A stretch of 64,000 nucleotides of DNA from NCBI GenBank assembly GCA_046313635.1, contig JBKBYA010000002.1, positions 192,001 to 256,000 on the forward strand. The letters are read 5' to 3'. The translations under genes and the position numbers were made by a program. Source of the DNA: Pyrinomonadaceae bacterium (GTDB lineage Bacteria; Acidobacteriota; Blastocatellia; Pyrinomonadales; Pyrinomonadaceae). Positions within the stretch are counted from its first letter, which is position 1. The number at the start of each line of letters is the position of its first letter. The notes beneath the pieces are model-generated. The model did not search any database and was not told where the DNA came from. It was given only the letters and a program-made list of their open reading frames with translations. Of this stretch, positions 20,368 to 30,750 are shown one piece after another.

Positions 20368-20577
20368 AAAGAGTGTGACCGCGGATCAACACGGATGACA
20401 CGGATCAGGACGGATCGGGATACGACTACCTATTTCTTTATCCGCGCCATCCGCGCGATCCGCGGCCAAAAACTCTTTAGCTTTCCACCGCGGTTCACAA
20501 AAAACTCTGCGTCCTCGGCGGCAACGTTTCGGTAACCGCAAAGGACGCAAAGTCGATATTACGCAGAGGCCGCAGAG
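20368..20577. repeat. Two palindromic 9-mer microrepeat elements
   Basis: Element 1: CCGCGGAT/CAACACGGAT/GACACGGAT opposite ATCCGCGCC/ATCCGCGCG/ATCCGCGGC, closed by AAAGAGT..ACTCTTT. Element 2: CTCTGCGTC/CTCGGCGGC opposite ACCGCAAAG/GACGCAAAG/TACGCAGAG/GCCGCAGAG. Confidence 0.7.
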
Positions 20578-20586
20578 TGCTTGGGC

Positions 20587-21252
20587 TCACGCGGCGGTCG
20601 ACTCGCCTTTTTGTTCGACGAGGTCGGGCTGCGGCGTGACGCGCAGGTAGGGTTTGACGGTCTTCCAGCCCGCGGGGAATTTCGTCTTTGCCTCCTCGTC
20701 CGAGAGCGACGGTACGATGATGCAGTCCTCGCCGTGCTTCCAGTCGACCGGCGTCGCGACGCTGTATTTCGACGTGAGCTGCAGCGAGTCGATCACACGG
20801 AGCAGCTCGGCAAAGTTGCGCCCCGTCGAGGCCGGGTACGTGATCATCAGTTTGATCTTTTTATCCGGTCCGATCACGTACACCGAACGCACGGTAAAGT
20901 TGTCGCTTGCATTTGGGTGGATCATATCGTAGAGATTTGCGATCGTGCGGTCGGGGTCGGCGATGAGCGGGAAGTTAAGCGCCGTGCCCTGGGTCTCCTC
21001 GATGTCCTTTGCCCAGCCGCGATGGTCCTCGAGCGGGTCGACGCTCAGGCCGATCACTTTTACATTTCGCTTTTCGAATTCGGGTTTAAGCTTCGCGGCC
21101 ATCCCGAGCTCGGTCGTGCAGACGGGCGTGTAGTCTTTAGGGTGAGAGAACAGAACGCCCCAACTGTCGCCCAGCCACTCGTGAAAACGGATCGTTCCTT
21201 CGGTAGTCTCCGCCGTAAAATCCGGAGCCTCGTCTCCAAGTCTCAAAGACAT
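20587..21252 (-). CDS. 1-Cys peroxiredoxin (Prx6 family)
   Basis: FSHPKDYTPVCTTE, YPASTGRNF.E.LRVIDSLQL, VATPVDW. The start is ATG21252 (MSLRLGD), RBS GGAGG. Confidence 0.93.
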   Translation of the reverse strand: MSLRLGDEAPDFTAETTEGTIRFHEWLGDSWGVLFSHPKDYTPVCTTELGMAAKLKPEFEKRNVKVIGLSVDPLEDHRGWAKDIEETQGTALNFPLIADPDRTIANLYDMIHPNASDNFTVRSVYVIGPDKKIKLMITYPASTGRNFAELLRVIDSLQLTSKYSVATPVDWKHGEDCIIVPSLSDEEAKTKFPAGWKTVKPYLRVTPQPDLVEQKGESTAA

Positions 21253-21399
21253 AACTGAACACCTCCAAATCGAATTTGCGCGGATTATATCAGAGCGGGA
21301 AGGGAAGACAAGGGGCAATATAAAAAGCCCCGGCCCTGCCGGTCTGGGAGCCGCCAACCCTCCGGAGGCGCAGCCTCAAAAGTCTTTATAAGCACCTGA

Positions 21400-21420
21400 C
21401 GGAAAAGCGAAGCTTTTCCG
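21400..21420. repeat. Perfect hairpin (REP-like or terminator)
   Basis: CGGAAAAGC-GAA-GCTTTTCCG, between the CorC/HlyC gene and the peroxiredoxin gene. Confidence 0.5.
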
Positions 21421-21500
21421 CAAATAGGGCGGCGGAGCCGCTGAAGAACGCTGGAAGATCGAGTATTCGGTTTCGGCGTAAGAAGTCAGATCCGCTAGAG

Positions 21501-22841
21501 CTAGGCTGCGTCGGCGGCGGCTTCTTCGGACGCTTCGCTTTGGCGGCGGAGGCGGAGAAGCGAGAGCTTTTTTTCGTCTGCTCTGAGGATCTCGATCTCG
21601 AGGCCGCGGATATTCAGCTTTTCGCCGACCCTCGGGACGTAGCCGGCCTCCGACGTGACGAGGCCTGCGATGGTGGTGAATTCGTCGTCGTCCTCGATCT
21701 CGAGGTCAAAGATGCGTTCGATCTTGTCGATCTCGGTCGAGCCGAGCACGTCGTAATAGCCGCCGCCTTCGCCCTCGACGATCTCGATGATCTCTTCTTC
21801 TTCGATATCCTCGTCCTCGATCTCGCCGACGATCTCCTCGAGAATGTCCTCGACGGTGACGACGCCGGCGACGCCGCCGTATTCGTCCACGACGACCGCA
21901 AACTGTGCGTGGCTGGTCTGCATCGCCTTGAGCAGGTCGTTGGCCGGCTTGGTCTCGGGTACAAAGAGGACGTCGCGCAGTATCGTCGATACGGGCCGGT
22001 CCTCGGCGCCCTCCTGCCATGCCTGCAGCAGGTCGCGCACGTAGATCACGCCTTCGATATTGTCGATCGTGTCGCGGTAGACCGGCAGGCGAGAATATTT
22101 TTGATCGATGATCAGATCGCGTGCCTTGCGGATGGTCGCGTCGATCGGCAGCGCGCAGATCTCGGTGCGCGGCGTCATTATTTCGCCAGCACGCGTCTCG
22201 CTGAATTCGACCATCGTCTCGATCAGCTCGCGTTCGCTCTCCTCGATTATTCCCTCCGCCTCGCCGACCTCGATCAGGGCCTGAAAGTCGTCCGCCGCCG
22301 TGTCTTCGGCGCCGGCCGTGCCGCCTCGCTCGTCGGGAGCGTTCGGCGCGACAGTTTGTTCGAGCCGCGAGCGTTCGCCGCGGTGCGGCGCTGCGACAAA
22401 GGGGGCGGCGATCACGCTGCCGATCCGGTACAGCGGCTTGACGGCCGGCAGCAGCAATAGCAGCTTGCGCTCGGTATCGCTGCGGACGAGCAAGCGGGGG
22501 ACGATCTGCCGCATCGTGACCGTCGCCACGACCGTGATCAGCAGCGAGTAGCCGAGCAGCACCGCATGATCGCGCGTGAAGTTCATCACGATCAGCGTAA
22601 CCAGCACCGCAAAGCAGATCAGCAGTACCTGAATGGCGCTCGAGAGTGCAAAGCGAAACTTAGGCCGGTTGTCGATGATCTCGCGCAGGAAGATCGCCGC
22701 CGCGGTCGAATCGGCGTCCTCGGCCTCGGACGAGATGCGCCGCAGCGTGACGTCGGACGTGTACGCAAACGCCATATCCACGGTCGCCAAAAATCCGAGC
22801 ACGACGAGGATGATCACCGAGAGGACTATCTCGAGCTCCAT
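21501..22841 (-). CDS. HlyC/CorC-family protein (CNNM/DUF21 TM domain, CBS pair, CorC domain)
   Basis: N-terminal TM helices, EIMTPRTEI, YSRLPVY, VVVDEYGGVAGVVTVEDILEEIVGEIEDE, TIAG. Confidence 0.92.
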   Translation of the reverse strand: MELEIVLSVIILVVLGFLATVDMAFAYTSDVTLRRISSEAEDADSTAAAIFLREIIDNRPKFRFALSSAIQVLLICFAVLVTLIVMNFTRDHAVLLGYSLLITVVATVTMRQIVPRLLVRSDTERKLLLLLPAVKPLYRIGSVIAAPFVAAPHRGERSRLEQTVAPNAPDERGGTAGAEDTAADDFQALIEVGEAEGIIEESERELIETMVEFSETRAGEIMTPRTEICALPIDATIRKARDLIIDQKYSRLPVYRDTIDNIEGVIYVRDLLQAWQEGAEDRPVSTILRDVLFVPETKPANDLLKAMQTSHAQFAVVVDEYGGVAGVVTVEDILEEIVGEIEDEDIEEEEIIEIVEGEGGGYYDVLGSTEIDKIERIFDLEIEDDDEFTTIAGLVTSEAGYVPRVGEKLNIRGLEIEILRADEKKLSLLRLRRQSEASEEAAADAA

Positions 22842-22893
22842 ATGTGGTTGATTGTAAAGAGGCGGGCGGGAAATTCAAAAGTAGTGGCGAGGC

Positions 22894-23038
22894 GTGAGCG
22901 GTGAACGGTGAGTGGGAGGGAAGTGAATCGTGAATGGTGAATCGTAAATCGTAAATCGTGAATCGTGTGAATCGTGGATCGTCGTTCTTCATTTACGGGT
23001 TAACGTTTACCTCTTCCCATTTTCCGCTCACCGCTCAC
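22894..23038. repeat. Palindromic 7-mer microrepeat element
   Basis: GTGAGCG GTGAACG GTGAGTG, then eight GTGAATC-like units (22923-22980), then a complementary arm CATTTAC..CGTTTAC..CGCTCAC CGCTCAC overlapping the pgl stop. Confidence 0.8.
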
Positions 23039-23775
23039 CGGTCGAGGCGTGCACCGGCCGCGGCGTCGAGGAGCCAGATTAGGGGATTGCCGGTCGCGCT
23101 GACGAGAGAAGCCGGGAGGTCGGCTGTCGGCGGGCCGTCAATGATGCGGCGGACGATGTCAGCTTTGCCGGTGCCGGCGACGATGAAGACTGTCTGTGTC
23201 GAATTATTGATGACCGGCAGCGTGAGCGTGAGGCGATGCATTTGGAGTTTGTCGACCCAGTTGGCGATGGCGAGTCGCTCGGTCTCGTGGACGGCCGGCG
23301 TGCCGGGAAAGATCGACGCCGTGTGGCCGTCTTCGCCGAGGCCGAGGAGCGTCAGGTCAAAGCGCGGCAGCGCGCCCGGCGCGAGATCGAAAAACTGTTT
23401 TAGATGCACTTCGTAATCCGCCGCGGCGGCCGCCGGGTCGCCGAGCTCCGTTCGCCAGCGGTGAATGTTGTGAGCGGCGATGCCGAGCGGTGCAAAGAGC
23501 GCCTCGTCGACCATTCGAAAGTTGCTCTCAGGCGAGTCTGCAGGAACGAATCGCTCGTCGCCGAAGAAGAAATGGACTCGTGACCAATCGATCAGCGAAC
23601 CGTATTCGGCCGCAAGCCGCGCGTACAGCGAACGCGGCGTCGAGCCGCCCGAGAGCGAGACGGCATAACGCCCGCGAGCGGCGATGGCCTCGATTGCAGC
23701 CGAGGCAAACAGCTCGGCCGCCGAGAGGCTCAGATCATTTGGATCCTTTTTTACTATGATTCGCGGCGTCGACAT
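23035..23775 (-). CDS. pgl: 6-phosphogluconolactonase
   Basis: [41 protein letters not shown]; downstream of zwf. Confidence 0.95.
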   Translation of the reverse strand: MSTPRIIVKKDPNDLSLSAAELFASAAIEAIAARGRYAVSLSGGSTPRSLYARLAAEYGSLIDWSRVHFFFGDERFVPADSPESNFRMVDEALFAPLGIAAHNIHRWRTELGDPAAAAADYEVHLKQFFDLAPGALPRFDLTLLGLGEDGHTASIFPGTPAVHETERLAIANWVDKLQMHRLTLTLPVINNSTQTVFIVAGTGKADIVRRIIDGPPTADLPASLVSATGNPLIWLLDAAAGARLDR

Positions 23776-25294
23776 TCAGCGGATCGTTGATCGGATTCTT
23801 CCACGCGCGACCGTCGGCTTCGAGCAGCTCGTCGGCCTCGGGCGGGCCCCAGGTTCCGGCCGCGTAATTCGGAAAGTCGCGGGCCGGTATCGCGCTCCAT
23901 ACGTCGAGGATCGGCGTGACCACACTCCAGCTCGCCTCGACCATGTCGGCCCGCTGAAAGAGCGTCGCATCGCCGATCATGCAGTCGTAAAGCAGCCGCT
24001 CGTAGCCGGTCGAGAGCTGCTCGCCGAAGTGCTCGACGTAATTGAAATCCATATCGACCGCGCCGACCTTGACGACCGGTCCGGGGATCTTTGCACCGAA
24101 GTGGAGCGTGATGCCCTCGTCGGGCTGGATGTGGATCTCGATGCGGTTGGTGCGCAGCCGCTCGACGGGCGTGTCGCGAAAGAGCATGAACGGCGCCTTT
24201 TTGAACTGCACGATGATGCTCGAGTGCTTTTGCGGCAGACGCTTGCCCGTACGGACGTAAAAGGGCACGTCGGCCCAGCGCCAATTGTCGATCGAGAGCT
24301 TTACGGCGGCGTAGGTCTCGGTGTTTGACGCGGGGTCGACCTTTTCTTCGGCGCGGTAGGCCGGCACCTTTTTGCCGTCCATTTCGCCTTCGCCGTATTG
24401 ACCGCGAACCGCCTTGTGAAGCGCGTCCTCGGGCGTGAACGGCTGGATCGCGGCGAGGATCTTTGCCTGCTCGGTGCGAACGGCGTCGGCCTCGAAAGAT
24501 ACTGGCGGTTCCATTGCCGTCAAAGTGACGAGCTGGAAGATGTGATTCGGCACCATATCGCGCAGCGCTCCGGCATGATCGTAGTAGCCGCCGCGCTGCT
24601 CGACCCCGAGACGCTCGGCGACGGTGATCTGGACGTGATCGACGAAGTTGCGGTTCCAGATCGGCTCAAAGATGCTGTTGCCAAAGCGGAAGACCAAAAT
24701 GTTCTGCACCGTCTCTTTGCCGAGATAGTGATCGATGCGGTAGATCTGGCTCTCCTTGACGAGCGCGAGCAGGTCGGCGTTGAGCTTCTTTGCCGATGCG
24801 AGGTCGCGGCCAAAGGGCTTTTCAAAAATGAATCGACGCCAGCGGCCGCCCTCTTCGCGGCCGAGACCGTTCTTGACGATCTTTTTCGCCACATTGGCAA
24901 ACATATCCGGCGGGATCGCCATGTAGAAAAAGTAATTCTCGGGGATCTTGTGCTCGCTCGTGACCTTTTCGAGCAGGTCTTTGAGATCGGTGAAGAGCTT
25001 TTTGTCGTCGTCAAAGTCGCCGCCCGTGTAAAAGGTGCGCTCGCAAAAGAACTTGAGCAGGTCCTCGTCGATGCCGTTCGTAACAAACTCGCGCAGGTGA
25101 CGGTTGATCTCGGACCGAAACTCCGAGCTCTCCATTTCTTGCCGGCCGACGCCGGCGATCGCGAAATTGTCGGGCAGGAAGCCTTCTTTCGCGAGGTTGT
25201 AAAGGGCAGGAAAGAGCTTGCGTTTTGTCAGGTCGCCCGTCGCGCCGAAGATGACCATCACGCACGGGTCGACGGTTTTTTGAGCGTTGGACAT
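23735..25294 (-). CDS. zwf: Glucose-6-phosphate 1-dehydrogenase
   Basis: [45 protein letters not shown]. The start is ATG25294; the ORF-track extension is a repeat. Confidence 0.97.
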   Translation of the reverse strand: MSNAQKTVDPCVMVIFGATGDLTKRKLFPALYNLAKEGFLPDNFAIAGVGRQEMESSEFRSEINRHLREFVTNGIDEDLLKFFCERTFYTGGDFDDDKKLFTDLKDLLEKVTSEHKIPENYFFYMAIPPDMFANVAKKIVKNGLGREEGGRWRRFIFEKPFGRDLASAKKLNADLLALVKESQIYRIDHYLGKETVQNILVFRFGNSIFEPIWNRNFVDHVQITVAERLGVEQRGGYYDHAGALRDMVPNHIFQLVTLTAMEPPVSFEADAVRTEQAKILAAIQPFTPEDALHKAVRGQYGEGEMDGKKVPAYRAEEKVDPASNTETYAAVKLSIDNWRWADVPFYVRTGKRLPQKHSSIIVQFKKAPFMLFRDTPVERLRTNRIEIHIQPDEGITLHFGAKIPGPVVKVGAVDMDFNYVEHFGEQLSTGYERLLYDCMIGDATLFQRADMVEASWSVVTPILDVWSAIPARDFPNYAAGTWGPPEADELLEADGRAWKNPINDPLNVDAANHSKKGSK

Positions 25295-25310
25295 TTGTAG
25301 GGTTGATTTA

Positions 25311-25337
25311 ACCACAGAGAACACGGAGAGCACAGAG
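25311..25337. repeat. 9-mer tandem microrepeat (single arm)
   Basis: ACCACAGAG AACACGGAG AGCACAGAG between ybeY and zwf. Confidence 0.6.
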
Positions 25338-25376
25338 GGGCTTTAAGGCGCCCGCTTTTTGCCGCGATCTCTCGGG

Positions 25377-25808
25377 CTAAATTCCAAGCCGCTCGCGCAG
25401 CTCGAGCTCGCGAGCGTTCATCTCGCCTTTGTCGGTCTCGTGATCGTAGCCGCAGAGATGAAGCAGGCCGTGGACGATGAGCTGTTTGATCTCGGCTTCG
25501 AGAGTGAGGCCGTTCTCGTCCGCCTGCTTTTGGGCCTGCTCGGCTGAGATGACGATGTCGCCGAGATTGGTCGAGTCGGTGTCGAACTCGTCCGGCTCGT
25601 GCGGGAATGAGAGGACATCGGTCGTCGAGTCCTTGCCGCGAAAAAAGCCGTTGAGCTCGGTCATTCGACGGTCGGAGACCAGCGCTACCGAGAACACGCG
25701 GCCCGACGCCTCAGCGACCTCATTCGGCAGCGTCGCGGCAAACGCTCGGATCGCTTTGGCGTCGAGCGTGACCTTTCGCTGGAGATTGACGACGGTGAGT
25801 GTGTTCAT
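25377..25808 (-). CDS. ybeY: rRNA maturation RNase YbeY
   Basis: LN..FRGKD.TTDVLSF, LGDIVIS, HGLLHLCGYDH. Confidence 0.96.
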   Translation of the reverse strand: MNTLTVVNLQRKVTLDAKAIRAFAATLPNEVAEASGRVFSVALVSDRRMTELNGFFRGKDSTTDVLSFPHEPDEFDTDSTNLGDIVISAEQAQKQADENGLTLEAEIKQLIVHGLLHLCGYDHETDKGEMNARELELRERLGI

Positions 25809-25837
25809 CTGATCGAACTCTCCGGTGCGGACGGCAC

Positions 25838-26800
25838 TTATTTCTCGTCGTCTTTCGTTGCCTTGTCGTACGCCTGAACGATCATCTGGACGAGCTTGTG
25901 CCGGACGACGTCCTTTTCGCTGAAGTAGACAAACTCGATCATATCGATGTCGCGGAGGACCTCCTCAGCTTCCTTGAGGCCGGAGCGTTGGCCGCGCGGC
26001 AGGTCGATCTGCGTCTTGTCGCCCGTGACGACCGCCTTTGAGCCAAAGCCGATGCGGGTCAGGAACATCTTCATCTGCTCGCTCGTCGTATTCTGCGCTT
26101 CGTCGAGAATGATGAAAGCGTCACTCAATGTGCGGCCGCGCATAAAGGCAAGCGGGGCGATCTCGATGATGCGCTTCTCGAGCATCTTGGTCACCTTTTC
26201 GGCGTCGACCAGATCGAAGAGCGCGTCGTACAGCGGGCGAAGGTACGGGTCGACCTTTTCCTGCAGATCGCCGGGCAAAAAGCCGAGCCGCTCGCCGGCC
26301 TCGACCGCCGGGCGCGTCAGGATGATGCGGCTGACCTGCTTTTTAAAGAGCGCGTCGACCGCCATCGCGACGGCGAGGAAGCTCTTGCCCGTGCCTGCGA
26401 CGCCGATGCCGAAGACAAGGTCGTTCTTTGCGATCGCGTCGAGGTAGCGGCGCTGGTTGGCGGTCTTGGGCGCGACCTGCTTCTTGCCCGACGGGTTGAA
26501 TCGCGCCTTCTGAAAATAGTCTCGCAGCGAATAGGCGCGGTCCTCGGCGATCTGCTTGAAGGCGTCCTTGAGCTCGCGGTCCGAGAACGTGTTGCCCTCG
26601 CTGAAGAGCTCGCCAAAGTCGCGGAGGATGCTCTCGACCGTCTCGATATCGCGCGGGTCGCCGTCGATCAAAAGCTCGTTGCCGCGGGCGCCGATCGAGA
26701 CGTCGAGGAGCGACTCGAGGTACTTGATGTTTTGATCCTGTACTCCGAAGAGCGTGTTGAGGCCTTGGGCGGGAAGTTCTAGTTTTCGCAAATTGGTCAA
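25838..26800 (-). CDS. phoH: PhoH-family ATPase (YbeZ-like)
   Basis: [54 protein letters not shown]. The TTG start is approximate. Confidence 0.93.
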   Translation of the reverse strand: MTNLRKLELPAQGLNTLFGVQDQNIKYLESLLDVSIGARGNELLIDGDPRDIETVESILRDFGELFSEGNTFSDRELKDAFKQIAEDRAYSLRDYFQKARFNPSGKKQVAPKTANQRRYLDAIAKNDLVFGIGVAGTGKSFLAVAMAVDALFKKQVSRIILTRPAVEAGERLGFLPGDLQEKVDPYLRPLYDALFDLVDAEKVTKMLEKRIIEIAPLAFMRGRTLSDAFIILDEAQNTTSEQMKMFLTRIGFGSKAVVTGDKTQIDLPRGQRSGLKEAEEVLRDIDMIEFVYFSEKDVVRHKLVQMIVQAYDKATKDDEK

Positions 26801-26839
26801 ATTAATTGTTACGAAACTTGGAGTTATTTGTATAGGACG

Positions 26840-26868
26840 AGGCTACTAAAGGCGTTCAGACGTGTCAA
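26840..26868 (-). promoter_or_regulatory. sigma70 promoter for the phoH-ybeY operon
   Basis: Minus strand TTGACA-N17-TAGCCT. Confidence 0.6.
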
Positions 26869-26944
26869 CGCATATTTGCCGCGGCGAGGTCTGCGAGATG
26901 CCTCTCTTGGTCAAAGGCGTGAACCCCAACGATACACCGGCGGC

Positions 26945-26959
26945 TGGCACGATGCTTGC
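26945..26959 (+). promoter_or_regulatory. sigma54 (-24/-12) promoter
   Basis: TGGCACGATGCTTGC matches TGGCAC-N5-TTGC exactly. Confidence 0.75.
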
Positions 26960-27027
26960 GAAACCCCACGACACGAAACACACCTCACAAGATCTGTGCG
27001 GAAATAAAACGAGGAGGCGGACGAGCA

Positions 27028-27258
27028 GTGATCACCAACTTCATAAAGGGCGCGGCGGAACAGATTGACAACGCGACGATGCGCGCGGCGGCGAGAGAGA
27101 CATTCGGTATCGAGAAGGGCGAGGGAGCGATCCGTATCAGGCGAAAGGACGACAGACCGCAGGACGGCGTCCCGAACAGGGATATTTACGACCGGGCCAG
27201 AATGATCTACCTTCGCGCCCGCAGGCCCCGCATGACGAGGGCGTCAGCAATATTCTAG
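27028..27258 (+). CDS. Hypothetical 76-aa protein
   Basis: GGAGG RBS 10 nt before GTG27028; downstream of the sigma54 promoter; its TAG overlaps the next gene's AGGAGG. No recognisable family. Confidence 0.45.
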   Translation: MITNFIKGAAEQIDNATMRAAARETFGIEKGEGAIRIRRKDDRPQDGVPNRDIYDRARMIYLRARRPRMTRASAIF

Positions 27259-27270
27259 GAGGTGAACGTT

Positions 27271-27447
27271 ATGCCGAGAGGCGACAAGGACAAGTACACC
27301 GACAAGCAGAAGAGGCAAGCCGAGCATATCGAAGAAGGCTACGAGAAGCGCGGCGTCTCTAAGGACGAAGCGGAAAAGCGTGCCTGGGCGACAGTTAACA
27401 AACAGGACGGCGGCGGCAAAAAGAGCGGCTCCGGGCGCAAGAAATAA
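27271..27447 (+). CDS. Small conserved hydrophilic protein of the MPRGDK..YTDKQKRQAEHIEE family (stress-associated)
   Basis: MPRGDKDKYTDKQKRQAEHIEEGYEKRGVSKDEAEKRAWATVNK; strong RBS AGGAGGTG. Confidence 0.85.
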   Translation: MPRGDKDKYTDKQKRQAEHIEEGYEKRGVSKDEAEKRAWATVNKQDGGGKKSGSGRKK

Positions 27448-27504
27448 AAAGGGACAAGTGTTTTGTACGGGGAAGGAGAGAATGGGGGCTCGAGCTTCCC
27501 GCAC

Positions 27505-27540
27505 AGAAAAGAGACTGCCTCGACTGGCAGTCTCTTTTCT
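27505..27540. terminator. Bidirectional terminator
   Basis: AGAAAAGAGACTGCC-tcgact-GGCAGTCTCTTTTCT, a perfect 15-bp inverted repeat between convergent genes. Confidence 0.85.
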
Positions 27541-27582
27541 TGCGTTATCATCGGTCACGCGAAAGGCCGCGTCCGAGCTGAT

Positions 27583-28203
27583 TTATCCTCGCCGGCTTGA
27601 TACGACGCCCATCAGACGCCCCGGAAAGGTCGCGAAGTTCTCGATCTCTACACGACCGGCCCCGGTCCGCTTGTCGGTCCGCCAACGGACCTGCGCGGCG
27701 GGAATGTAGGTACCCGAGCCTCGCCCGGTCCGCGGGTCGATGTAGATCTCAAACACGCCGAAAGGATAATCGGTCGAGCGGTACCCGCCCCGCAGCTCGG
27801 CAAACTGCATCCAGCGCCGAAACGCCACAAAGAGGCGCCTCTGACCGTCCACCATGTCCTCGTGAACGAAGTTGATCCGCGGGCCGATCCGGTTATTGAG
27901 TGAAAACGAGCCGAGGTCTCGATCGTCGATCTTGTCGAGAACGTCCCTCTGGTCGCCCTCCTGCAGCAGCCCGACGAGGTCGCGGACCTCGTCGGCCGAC
28001 GTCCGACCTGTCAGCCGCAGCGTGAACGGCAGGACGTATGTTCGCGTATTCGCACCGGTGCCGTACAGAACGACCGTCCCGGTGATGGTCTCGACGCCGC
28101 TCTTCGGGGCGGTCATGCGCTGAGCCTCGGCGGCCCCCGCGAGACCTAACAGGACGATGAGGCCCCCAGCCAGACGGTTAAAGAGCTTTGATCTGATCAT
28201 CAT
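27583..28203 (-). CDS. Secreted hypothetical protein
   Basis: Signal peptide (..LLGLAGAAEA|QR), RBS GGGAGG, RSTDYPFG motif; function unknown. Confidence 0.7.
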   Translation of the reverse strand: MMIRSKLFNRLAGGLIVLLGLAGAAEAQRMTAPKSGVETITGTVVLYGTGANTRTYVLPFTLRLTGRTSADEVRDLVGLLQEGDQRDVLDKIDDRDLGSFSLNNRIGPRINFVHEDMVDGQRRLFVAFRRWMQFAELRGGYRSTDYPFGVFEIYIDPRTGRGSGTYIPAAQVRWRTDKRTGAGRVEIENFATFPGRLMGVVSSRRG

Positions 28204-28334
28204 AATATCCTCCCTTAATATTTCGAATATCTAAGATCTCGGTCTTGCAGCGATCAAGACCTTGATCACTACATCCGATCATTAGATTCAGGCAGACGGG
28301 GCAGTGTTGTTTGCCCCAAAAACTGGCTCAGATC

Positions 28335-28372
28335 AAAAAAAGATCCGCCGTCCCCGATGGATGGCGGATCTT
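28335..28372 (-). terminator. Terminator of atpD-atpC
   Basis: AAGATCCGCCGTCC-ccgat-GGATGGCGGATCTT, preceded by an A-run that gives a U-tract on the minus strand. Confidence 0.8.
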
Positions 28373-28412
28373 GCGAGAACCTCGGCCGCCTCGCAGGCGG
28401 CACCGAGACGGT

Positions 28413-28814
28413 TCATTTGCCCGCGGCGAGCTGCAGGCGGGCGTTGGCGGCCTCGAGCTGATCGCGAAGCTCCTCGGTCTCCTCGATCGGCGCGGTCGCT
28501 GCGGCGGCGAGAGCCTTCTCGGCGTTTTCACGATCGAGACGCGCGGCGTCGAGGCTGATCTCGCCCGCAAGTTCGGCGGCGTCGGCCAGCACGGTCACGC
28601 GATTATTGTTGACCTCGACAAAACCTCCGGTGATGACGATCCTCTCGGTGGCGCCGCCGGCCGTATACGAAAGAACGCCGGGTTTCAGCGCCGAGATCAA
28701 AGGAGCATGATTCGTCAGGATGCCGGCCTCGCCCGATGCGGTCGGCACGGTCACGGAGTCGGCTTCGACATCGACCACTTTGCGTTCGGGAGTAACGATC
28801 TCAAGTCTTAACAT
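28413..28814 (-). CDS. atpC: ATP synthase F1 epsilon subunit
   Basis: LEIVTPER, G.AGIL.NHAPLISAL.PG, ITGGFVEV.NN.VTVLAD.AE. Confidence 0.96.
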   Translation of the reverse strand: MLRLEIVTPERKVVDVEADSVTVPTASGEAGILTNHAPLISALKPGVLSYTAGGATERIVITGGFVEVNNNRVTVLADAAELAGEISLDAARLDRENAEKALAAAATAPIEETEELRDQLEAANARLQLAAGK

Positions 28815-28820
28815 AGATTA

Positions 28821-28894
28821 GAGTTCAGAGTGTGGAGTGACGAGTGACGAGTTCAAGACCTATCGCTGGTCACTTGTCACCCGTCGCTCGTCAC
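28821..28894. repeat. Palindromic 7-mer microrepeat element between atpD and atpC
   Basis: GAGTTCA GAGTGTG GAGTGAC GAGTGAC GAGTTCA opposite GTCACTT GTCACCC GTCGCTC GTCAC. Confidence 0.75.
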
Positions 28895-28898
28895 CAAT

Positions 28899-30422
<1,524 letters not shown>

Positions 30423-30675
30423 TTAAAGTGCTCCTTTGATAGATGCAAAAATGCTGGGTTTTACAAAGGAGTTAGAGTACCACAGCGTGGGAAAGTACCG
30501 CAAAGTCCGGCGGGCGGCGGCGGCGATGCGGACGCAATATGTTGTGGCGCTCGTCGTCGTCGAGATGGCTCTCGCCGTTCGTTCCTTTGTATGTTGAGCG
30601 GCGGTCATACCGACGCGGCGGGGCGCGATAGTGCACCGTTCGCACTTAACGGGTCACACGCCGCTCAAAATCTGC

Positions 30676-30703
30676 TTGCCTTTTAGCGTTTCCGTGGTAT
30701 AAC
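30676..30703 (+). promoter_or_regulatory. Putative extended -10 sigma70 promoter
   Basis: TTGCCT-N16-TATAAC with a TGn extension (TGGTATAAC). Confidence 0.45.
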
Positions 30704-30750
30704 GGCGTTACCGAAAATACAACTCACTTCGAGCTCAGGAGAACAAAGGG

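Noticed and set aside
20520..20556. GGCAAC...GGACGCAAAG resembling a c-di-GMP-I riboswitch
   Set aside because: Explained by the CGCAAAG 9-mer repeat; there is no P2 stem and no downstream gene on that strand.
22923..22980. Possible CRISPR array, and ORF 22660-22992 (FTIYDLRFTIHDS)
   Set aside because: The 7-bp units are contiguous with no spacers and there are no cas genes; the peptide is just the translated repeat.
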